A DNA stretch of 64,000 nucleotides from a virus: the IMG/VR virus record IMGVR_UViG_3300020183_000008, positions 64,001 to 128,000 of that record; one strand, written 5' to 3'. The notes beneath the pieces are model-generated. The model had not been told where the DNA came from. It saw only the letters and a list, made by a program, of their open reading frames with translations, and made no database searches. Made by a program: the position numbers and the translations under genes. Positions 1-7,623 of the stretch are shown in pieces. The number at the start of each line of letters is the position of its first letter. Positions within the stretch are counted from its first letter, which is position 1.

Positions 1-464
1 GCTACTTCTTCCCAACTGAAATTTACAAATTGTCCAGTGAAAACATATTTATCCCAACTTATGCTTATAAAACCTTGAGAAATAACGATACCTTTGTCGT
101 TGTAGACACAGGCGTTGTTTCTATAAAGAGACAGTATCTCTTGAAAATTTATCATCGCAAGAGTTTTGCTTCTTTGAGATATGTTGACTCCATTTATTAA
201 ACTGAAAAAACCTCCAGTAGATGCATTTACCTGTAAAGTATCCAACTCATCTCCAAAATGCTCTTCTACAAAACCACCTCTAGTCCTAGAACGGGTGATG
301 TTTTTTCTGTACGAAAAAGTCAAAGATGTAGGGCTAATATGAAGTTCTATCGTCGGTACGATAACTTCTTTACGGTCTAAAGGATTTATTACACCAGTCA
401 TGCTGATCCGCATGGTAATCAATTTTGTTTGTGATGAAGGTCTCGCTGGTGTTCTTACCCTCAT
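1..464 (-). CDS. Tail tube-initiator / baseplate hub-like protein (partial, runs off the window)
   Basis: Not in the ORF track. ATG at 464 overlaps the tape-measure stop (ATGA) and the frame is open to base 1: MRVRTPARP...LHISPTSLTFSYRKNITRSRTRGGFVEEHFGDELDTLQVNASTG...YVFTGQFVNFSWEE. Resembles hub/tube-initiator proteins found downstream of tape measure genes in contractile tails. Confidence 0.6.
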   Translation of the reverse strand, partial: MRVRTPARPSSQTKLITMRISMTGVINPLDRKEVIVPTIELHISPTSLTFSYRKNITRSRTRGGFVEEHFGDELDTLQVNASTGGFFSLINGVNISQRSKTLAMINFQEILSLYRNNACVYNDKGIVISQGFISISWDKYVFTGQFVNFSWEEV

Positions 465-2995
465 AATTTCTTACCTTGCTCATAAATGACTTTCTTAACT
501 ATGAGCTCAAGCGGTTGATTGTTCGGAAGTTGTAAAACGGCACTCATATTTATTGTGGGTGAGGAAGTATTTTGAGCTGAGGGTTGATTGTCGGTAGCGG
601 TCACTTTAGGTAATGTCGGTGCTCCACCTGCCATCGGTGAAGCAACGGGTGTCTGAGCACCCGCATTTGCTGTAGCGACCGGAGTAATTGTTTTATTTTT
701 TGCTGTAACTTTTGCTCTTTTAGATGTTAATGTAGAACCTGTAATCTGAGCCATGTTTTTAGTCAGATTAGAGTATTGTTTCTCAGTGACAGCGCCGCTT
801 AAATAATCTGATGCTCCTTTGGCTTCGGGATTCATCTGGGCTATTTCTTTTTTGAGCTCCTCTTGGGCAATCAAAGGTCCTTCATCCTTAAACCAATTCG
901 CTGGGTTCACCGTGTTAACTAGCTTCTTACCAATTTCAACGAGAACATTGTAAGCCTTCTGCATCAAGTCAGCGATTTTATACAGAATCGAATTACCGAT
1001 GTCGGACATACCGCTCAATTTAGTAATTGTATTCGATGCTATTTCTTCTGCTTCTCTGCGGGCTTGTTCGGCTCCAACACGTTGCTGCAATTCTTTTCTG
1101 CTGTTTTGCAGAAGTTCAGCGAAATTCTGGTTGGTGCTCTCCATCATCGTGGATGTAGCTTCGAGAAAATCTCTGACATCGTTATCAGACATTCCTGTTT
1201 TTGCAGCAAGTAATTTTATCTTTTCAGCATCATTTCTCGCTGTACGCATATCTTTGAAAGTTTTGATGCCTTCTTTTTCTAGTACAGCACCGATCATCCC
1301 AAAGGAACCGAGAGCATCTTGAACAGCCGCACCTGCGTTCAAGCCGCCTTTCTTAACAACCTGTAGACTTTCCAGACGCCTTTGATCCTGATACCTCTCA
1401 GCTTCTGTGCCATAATTTCCCGCAGCTAATCTTTTTTGTATAATATCTTGCTCAATAGCAGCTTGTTTTTTTAACTCTGGACCGTACAAAGCCATCGCTT
1501 TGATACCTTCATCGACAGTCTTAGGTCCGAAATTAGCTAAAGCACTCGTCATCTTGTTCAACTGCTTGGTGGTTAAAGCACCACCTTGAGACATTTTTCT
1601 CAACGCACCTGAAAAATCTTTAGTTTGATCCATGAAAATATTGAATTGAGCAGAGACGGATTGAATAGTCGACAAAAATTGCGTTGTAGTCATACCTGAC
1701 ATTTTTATGTCTTTATTCAAAGTCGCAAAAACATCTTTGATGGTTTCAGACCCAGCCCCAAACGCTTGGAAATATTCTGCGACCATCGAACCAGCTTCGC
1801 TCATTTCAATACCGAAATTCCTGCTTGCCACTGCGGTGGTATCGATGATGCTTTGTAAACCATCAAACCCATTAGAAAGGGTTTTTAAACTTACCCCTCC
1901 GCTCATCAAAGCATTTGTGGATTCGATGATTTGGTCGCTTGTTAAGCGGAGTGTGCCTGACCCAAGAGAGCTTTCTCTCGTAGCCATGTTAACAATAGCA
2001 TTACCTATCTTTTGCATATCTCCTGATTTCATTCCGGCACTACCAAGATTCCGCGATAGTGCTTTGTTTACCTCTTTTTGACGCTCATCAGCTTCGATCG
2101 CCACCATGACAGCGGAAGCAAACCAACCTAGAAATCTCGTAGCGGTAGACACAGCAGCAGATAACTTACCGAAAATACTGGTCAATTTACCAGCAGCTTG
2201 AAGTATAGGCGAATTCGTGCTTGAAAGAGCTTTCCCTGCATCTTTCATAGCCCCACCGAATTTATTATTCGCTCCACGCAAGCCCTTTACCAACCCCTCG
2301 ACAGCATCACGGCTGTACCCACCTTTGAGAGTATCTACTGTCTTTAGAATACCCCTGCCACCAGCGGAAACAGCTCGACCCGCTTGATTCGCGAAGCGAA
2401 CCCCTTTTGTAGATGATGCAATATCCGAACTGTTTGCTCTTATCGCAGCGGTCTCTTTAGTCATTTCTTTTAGAGCTTTTAGATTTCCTCTGAGAGCTAC
2501 GGCTTCTTTTTTTCTAAGAACAACTGTATCCTCAATTTTTTCTAGCTCTTTCTGCAAAAAATCTTCACGCTCTTGATCATCTGAAATCAAATCTGATTTT
2601 ATTTTGACTTGTTGTCGTAAAGCATCACCGATAGCATCAGCGGCTATAACCAAATCACGAGTGCGTTTTATCTCGGATTCATTTTTTTGCAGTCTCTTAT
2701 ATTGCAATTTTAAGGCTGTTTTTTCACCATTGAGAGTATCATCCATCGCTGATTGAGTGGATTTCAAAGCATCTCGGTAACGGTTGGAATTTTTTCCGTA
2801 CTCATCGCCGATTTTTTTAACGCTCCGAATCAAAGAATCAACTACTTTTTTAGTTTCGCGATTTCCAAGAATAGAAGTTTTGGTTAATTCTTCGGATGTT
2901 TTTATCACATTCCTTAAAGAACGTGTGGCATCCTGCTCTTTGACTTGAAGCTCAAGTTCTAAAATTTCCTGAGTTTTTCTTTTATTATCAGCCAT
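461..2995 (-). CDS. Tape-measure-like protein
   Basis: 844 aa, long helical/coiled-coil, Ala/Gly-rich hydrophobic middle, low-complexity tail ending in INMSAVLQL...KKVIYE; sits directly upstream of a hub-like gene. Confidence 0.55.
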   Translation of the reverse strand: MADNKRKTQEILELELQVKEQDATRSLRNVIKTSEELTKTSILGNRETKKVVDSLIRSVKKIGDEYGKNSNRYRDALKSTQSAMDDTLNGEKTALKLQYKRLQKNESEIKRTRDLVIAADAIGDALRQQVKIKSDLISDDQEREDFLQKELEKIEDTVVLRKKEAVALRGNLKALKEMTKETAAIRANSSDIASSTKGVRFANQAGRAVSAGGRGILKTVDTLKGGYSRDAVEGLVKGLRGANNKFGGAMKDAGKALSSTNSPILQAAGKLTSIFGKLSAAVSTATRFLGWFASAVMVAIEADERQKEVNKALSRNLGSAGMKSGDMQKIGNAIVNMATRESSLGSGTLRLTSDQIIESTNALMSGGVSLKTLSNGFDGLQSIIDTTAVASRNFGIEMSEAGSMVAEYFQAFGAGSETIKDVFATLNKDIKMSGMTTTQFLSTIQSVSAQFNIFMDQTKDFSGALRKMSQGGALTTKQLNKMTSALANFGPKTVDEGIKAMALYGPELKKQAAIEQDIIQKRLAAGNYGTEAERYQDQRRLESLQVVKKGGLNAGAAVQDALGSFGMIGAVLEKEGIKTFKDMRTARNDAEKIKLLAAKTGMSDNDVRDFLEATSTMMESTNQNFAELLQNSRKELQQRVGAEQARREAEEIASNTITKLSGMSDIGNSILYKIADLMQKAYNVLVEIGKKLVNTVNPANWFKDEGPLIAQEELKKEIAQMNPEAKGASDYLSGAVTEKQYSNLTKNMAQITGSTLTSKRAKVTAKNKTITPVATANAGAQTPVASPMAGGAPTLPKVTATDNQPSAQNTSSPTINMSAVLQLPNNQPLELIVKKVIYEQGKKL

Positions 2996-3099
2996 TCAAC
3001 CACCGATTCTTGGAGTTCAAATGATAAATAAATTAGCCTTTTATAATCAAATCATTTTTTGAGCCATTCGAGAGAATCCACTCTCAAAGGAGTATTTAT

Positions 3100-4215
3100 A
3101 TGCGGTTGCTTTCAGTTTTATCCATGATCCTAATTACAGGATGCGCTACACCACCGCTGTCTATGAAACCAGTTGATGCGCAAGTCCCTGAGTTGAAATT
3201 TTCTTATTACAAAAATGGTTTGTTCAAATCTGCATACGGGCATGCTGGAAATCATTTTAAAGAAGGTGAACCTAAGATTTTCAAAGTCAAAGTCAACAAA
3301 TTTGGAGGTTCCTGTAAATTAAGGTACATCGATGGTAACGATGATGTTACTAAAGATTGCACAGGTATGTCTGAAGTTACTTTAGACATGGGTACCCATT
3401 ACCAAGATCAACCTGAAGTGATTGGAATTTCTGTATCTCAAGAAAAATTAGGTATTCAACAAGGTTATTTCTACAGTTTGATGAGAAAAGAGCGTGAGGC
3501 TCTCCCCGTTGATTTTCGATGCCCGTACTCCGAGTCTTTAGGAGATTTAGCTGTTTGCACGAGACCATCTTCCTACGCGTTCAAAGTTAAAACAATCATA
3601 ACAAATGACTTGCAAGGTGATTTGTTACAGACGTTCGTTTGTAACGATGGTTCTAAATTCGAATCAATCACTCCGATTACAGGTGTAGGAGAAAAAAGTC
3701 TCGAATTTACTGTTAAAAACCCAACCTTTTGCACGGTTGGTTTAGGACTGAGGCAAGGTAAAAAACCCGATGGTTCACACACCATTCTTCAAGCAAAATC
3801 TATTTTTGTAAGATTCTATGACCCTCTTTACATTCCTCTAGGAGTACCCAATCTAATCATGGATGGTGGGGTTAGAAAAGTATGCACAGGAGATACCTAC
3901 GCAGCGTATACACTGTTCAACCAAGATGGTGCCTACGTGGAACCACAAACGTGTTTCAATGCACCGGGTTTTTTTGAATTTTTTGCGTGGGATTCGATAG
4001 GTAGATTTTCGTTTAAATCTAGTGATTCTTTTTCCTTATCTTTACAGAGACAAGAAGGCTGGGACTTTTACGAAAAAGCTAAACCTTGGATTAAAAAAAA
4101 TATGCCTAAATGCAAAACAGATGAATGCACCAAAAAAGAATATGCTAAACTCATAAAAAATCCCAAAATGGTCACAGCTATCGAAAACTGGGATTCTTCA
4201 GTTCTCTATAAATAA
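3100..4215 (+). CDS. Cys-rich lipoprotein of unknown function
   Basis: Signal peptide with lipobox (MRLLSVLSMILITG-C); AGGAG RBS; many Cys residues. Confidence 0.7.
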   Translation: MRLLSVLSMILITGCATPPLSMKPVDAQVPELKFSYYKNGLFKSAYGHAGNHFKEGEPKIFKVKVNKFGGSCKLRYIDGNDDVTKDCTGMSEVTLDMGTHYQDQPEVIGISVSQEKLGIQQGYFYSLMRKEREALPVDFRCPYSESLGDLAVCTRPSSYAFKVKTIITNDLQGDLLQTFVCNDGSKFESITPITGVGEKSLEFTVKNPTFCTVGLGLRQGKKPDGSHTILQAKSIFVRFYDPLYIPLGVPNLIMDGGVRKVCTGDTYAAYTLFNQDGAYVEPQTCFNAPGFFEFFAWDSIGRFSFKSSDSFSLSLQRQEGWDFYEKAKPWIKKNMPKCKTDECTKKEYAKLIKNPKMVTAIENWDSSVLYK

Positions 4216-4224
4216 GGATATCTT

Positions 4225-4482
4225 ATGTCAGAAACTATGCTCGAAATTCTTCAGAGATATGCAGCTCAGTTGATAACTGTATTTGGTGGTATCAGCCCTG
4301 CACTCGGGGGTATCGCTACTTTAGTTATAGCGGCACTTATCGCATATTTCTCAGTGAAAGCCAAAAAAGAAAAGACTGAAGAGCAAAATAAAAAATCAGG
4401 TGAGACTATAGGGGATAGGACTGGTAAAGATCAAGATACTGTAGGGCAAGTTCAAGATAAACTCGATGACTTTTTAAAGTAG
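4225..4482 (+). CDS. Small membrane protein (possibly lysis-related)
   Basis: Hydrophobic segment ALGGIATLVIAALIAYFSV followed by a charged tail; AAGGA RBS. Confidence 0.55.
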   Translation: MSETMLEILQRYAAQLITVFGGISPALGGIATLVIAALIAYFSVKAKKEKTEEQNKKSGETIGDRTGKDQDTVGQVQDKLDDFLK

Positions 4483-4503
4483 GATCGAATATTCGATCCT
4501 ACT
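4478..4503. terminator. Perfect 26-bp palindrome between convergent genes (bidirectional terminator-like)
   Basis: AGTAGGATCGAAT|ATTCGATCCTACT; contains both stop codons. Confidence 0.55.
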
Positions 4504-4834
4504 GTATTTCTACCTTCCGACCTATTTTTTTGAGTACCAAAGGAATAAAAATACTCAAAACACCATTCTCTAAAGTTGCTTTCAATTCATCTATCGAAAG
4601 TTTATTAGAGTCAAGATGATAGGTTTTAGTAAATTTAGTTTTTCTTAGACTTGGTTTGTTGTCTGATTTTCTTTCTGCTACAACAGTTAAAAAACTACCA
4701 TTCACCTCAATATTGATATCATCTTTACGGAAGCCCGCCATTTCAATTAAAATATGGCAACCATCCACAGCTTCAAAAATTTCATCTTGAGAAACAGGTC
4801 TATCAAAATTAAATTTTACAGCATCGTAAAACAT
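4499..4834 (-). CDS. Small heat-shock protein (Hsp20/alpha-crystallin)
   Basis: EMAGFRKDDINIEVNGSFLTV; F-x-K-T-Y-x-L; ATLENGVLSIFIP; C-terminal VEI motif. Confidence 0.88.
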   Translation of the reverse strand: MFYDAVKFNFDRPVSQDEIFEAVDGCHILIEMAGFRKDDINIEVNGSFLTVVAERKSDNKPSLRKTKFTKTYHLDSNKLSIDELKATLENGVLSIFIPLVLKKIGRKVEIQ

Positions 4835-4879
4835 AAACTTCCCTCCCTGTTTTTTAACATGGGTCTGAAATTTAAATTG

Positions 4880-5161
4880 TCAAATTACTTCTATTAAAAA
4901 AACCGAAGATACAGTGAATACCTGATAGTCCTTGTTTACTTGTTTAACTACCTGAACGGTATCTGCTGCAAATTGAAAAGGTTTTTCTGAGAATTTAGTC
5001 CCGCTTACTTTCAGTTGTAAACCTTTATATTTAACTTCATCGATTGTAATCTCTTTTCCGCTTGTATCAACAAGGATACCAGAAACCTTAAACCCAACTG
5101 GGATTAAACCTTGCTTATTTGGATTTAACGATTTTAATTTTGTAACTAAAACTTCAGGCAT
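4880..5161 (-). CDS. Hypothetical protein
   Basis: 93-aa ORF in a co-oriented run, overlapping the upstream stop. Confidence 0.6.
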   Translation of the reverse strand: MPEVLVTKLKSLNPNKQGLIPVGFKVSGILVDTSGKEITIDEVKYKGLQLKVSGTKFSEKPFQFAADTVQVVKQVNKDYQVFTVSSVFLIEVI

Positions 5162-5486
5162 TCCGACCTCGAAGATGTCTTACTATGTTGATGAGATTTG
5201 TTTGTAATTCTTCTTCTGTCGCAAAACCCCGTTGAACTAAAAGACCCTCTAACACAAGAATTGAACCCCGAATCACTTCAGATTCAGACATATTCATTTC
5301 TCTGATAGTTTCCTTCAAAATGTTTCTACGCTCTTCCCCTAGAATCACTTTGATGGTTTCTATACGTTCTTTTAGTTTGATTATTTTGACAGTATCATCA
5401 CCTGATGGGTTGGTCTTTGATTCCAATTCCGTCAGTTCTTTTTTCGTTTCGGATAAAACCGTTTTGATTCGAGTTTCTGTTAGCAC
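5154..5486 (-). CDS. Hypothetical coiled-coil protein
   Basis: 110-aa ORF, GTG start, co-oriented with neighbours. Confidence 0.55.
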   Translation of the reverse strand: MLTETRIKTVLSETKKELTELESKTNPSGDDTVKIIKLKERIETIKVILGEERRNILKETIREMNMSESEVIRGSILVLEGLLVQRGFATEEELQTNLINIVRHLRGRNA

Positions 5487-5497
5487 ATAGTATTATA

Positions 5498-6364
5498 TCA
5501 CTCTTCTTCAAAAATCCGAGTGAACAATTCAGCGACAGGTCCTCTTTCTACTTTCAACAAATGAATGTGACCAGTGATGGGTGATTTTTTGAAGAAATCG
5601 TTTTCAATCACCCGTAATAAACCAGGCTGAAATCCTTTGGTTTTCACATCAACCTGATTGTAGTCACCTGTGATAATCAAACGGCAACCTTCACCAACAC
5701 GCGTACCGAGAGTTTTCATAACGTGATCATCGATATTTTGAGCTTCATCAAGATAAACGATAGTGCGTTCACCAAAACTCACACCTCTCATGAGTTCGAG
5801 AGGCATAAATTCGATAACGCCTTTGGATTGCATGATCTCAAAATAACTTTTTCCTTTTTCTCCAGTCAATTTGTCAAAAAGATATTTGAAATTGATCAAG
5901 AAAGGTGAAAATTTTTGGTTTTCATCCCCAGGAACAGTGCCAAAATATTTTGAATTACCTACGATTTCCATCGGTTTTGATATAACAACCTTATCGACGT
6001 AGCCACCTGTAATAAGCTCTGTCAAATAAGCACCGATAATCAAGGATTTACCTGTACCTGCTTTCCCTGTTACAGTGACAACTTGAATACCTTCATCATT
6101 TAACAGATCAAACAACATGACCTGTTCTTTATTTTTAGGTCTGATGTCGAAAAAATTGGGATTTTGGTCTCTTAAAATTACGATACGGGAATTATCCGTT
6201 GAAACCTTAGCGAGGGCAGATGAATGAGAATCCGATTTTATAACTAAATATTGGTTTGGAAAAAATCCTTCTTTATCTTTTAAATCTACAAAACCATCCT
6301 GATACAATTTATCTAATTCAGGGAAATTCTCGACTACTCTAACTCCAGTATAGCGTTGACGCAT
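5498..6364 (-). CDS. phoH: PhoH-family ATPase
   Basis: GKAGTGKS, MRGVSF, DEAQN, TRVGEG, GDYNQVD motifs. Confidence 0.92.
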   Translation of the reverse strand: MRQRYTGVRVVENFPELDKLYQDGFVDLKDKEGFFPNQYLVIKSDSHSSALAKVSTDNSRIVILRDQNPNFFDIRPKNKEQVMLFDLLNDEGIQVVTVTGKAGTGKSLIIGAYLTELITGGYVDKVVISKPMEIVGNSKYFGTVPGDENQKFSPFLINFKYLFDKLTGEKGKSYFEIMQSKGVIEFMPLELMRGVSFGERTIVYLDEAQNIDDHVMKTLGTRVGEGCRLIITGDYNQVDVKTKGFQPGLLRVIENDFFKKSPITGHIHLLKVERGPVAELFTRIFEEE

Positions 6365-6420
6365 TTAATCCCTTCCTGACCGAAGATTGTTGATAGCTTC
6401 GATCTTCCAAGAAGAGCTTT

Positions 6421-7563
6421 TCAAAGGTCAATTATTTTCCTAATATCTTTGAGCATGGAATCACGTGCTTCATTCAGAACACCTGAGCTTATATTCAGGG
6501 TGGTTGTAATCTGTTTTTTCGTTTTTCCATTCAGTAACATTTGAAGCACCTTGTAATTTATATCTGATTTGGTGTTCAAATAATATGTACCTCGGTCAAA
6601 TTCAATAAACTCAGGATGCTGTTCACGCATCAAATGAATCATGTACCAAGCCAAATTTCTAGCAAAATTAAAACTCAAGTAGCTTTTTGTTATTGCGATG
6701 TAGTATTGATTATTTTTTCTACGTTCTTGATGAATAATTTCTTCGATGTACCCTTTTTCCAACAAAGAATTTATAACTTGATGGCTGAAGCCCTGAGATA
6801 TCATCTCCATATAAGACGGCTTCTCTTGCTTCAAAAAATTGTAAAGATTTAATTCATCTTTTGTCAGACTTTTTGTTTCAATCGTGACTTTTCTTACACC
6901 AGCCACGTTTGCCCAATTCGTAGTTTCTGAGCAGATAGGCAATTTAGTTTGCCAATTTTTCCAAAAACTATTCCACACGATGTGTTTGATGTCTTCTTTT
7001 TTAGCGTGGTACGGATTTTCCATCGAAAAAGAAAAATGCTGAGAAACGTACCTCTCAACATCATCTATAGTCCGAGGTTCAGAAAGCAATACCCACGCTT
7101 GATGTTCAAGTGTACCTAACTTATGTGGGTTGCTAACTTTGAAAACAAATTTATCTTTAACAAGATCCCTGATTTTATCATCTAGTTGAACATCACAAAA
7201 TGCATCAGTGGGTTTTTGATCATCAGAAGTGAAATCTTTGATTTCGATCAAACTAGCATCTGAGTCATCAAACATAGGTGTGTCGATACACATCGCGTAG
7301 GTCGTTGGATCTTTATCGTTCTTAACTTTTTTAGATTTCAGAAATTTGAACAGATATGTGTAGAGGTAAGTGGAGAATTTAGCTTTTGAAGGATCGTAGG
7401 TATCAAAAAATTTCTTTTCCAAAAGATGGGCGTAGACATCATTTTTGACTTCAGGTAGATCTTCGATGTTGATGTACTTACGAAAGGATTTACAGAGAAT
7501 CCTTTCCAAATCTTTGTCGTATTTTTTAACAAACTCTTCCAAAGTTTTACACGGTTTTAACAT
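6421..7563 (-). CDS. Sigma70-family-like factor with a large central insertion
   Basis: Region 2-like FDTYDPSKAKFSTYLYTYL; C-terminal region 4-like HTH (VLQMLLNGKTKKQITTTLNISSGVL). Confidence 0.65.
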   Translation of the reverse strand: MLKPCKTLEEFVKKYDKDLERILCKSFRKYINIEDLPEVKNDVYAHLLEKKFFDTYDPSKAKFSTYLYTYLFKFLKSKKVKNDKDPTTYAMCIDTPMFDDSDASLIEIKDFTSDDQKPTDAFCDVQLDDKIRDLVKDKFVFKVSNPHKLGTLEHQAWVLLSEPRTIDDVERYVSQHFSFSMENPYHAKKEDIKHIVWNSFWKNWQTKLPICSETTNWANVAGVRKVTIETKSLTKDELNLYNFLKQEKPSYMEMISQGFSHQVINSLLEKGYIEEIIHQERRKNNQYYIAITKSYLSFNFARNLAWYMIHLMREQHPEFIEFDRGTYYLNTKSDINYKVLQMLLNGKTKKQITTTLNISSGVLNEARDSMLKDIRKIIDL

Positions 7564-7623
7564 CCTTGTCCCTCGCTAAAACCTCGACCTTGAGGTTTGA
7601 TTTTGATGCCCTACTAAATTTTG

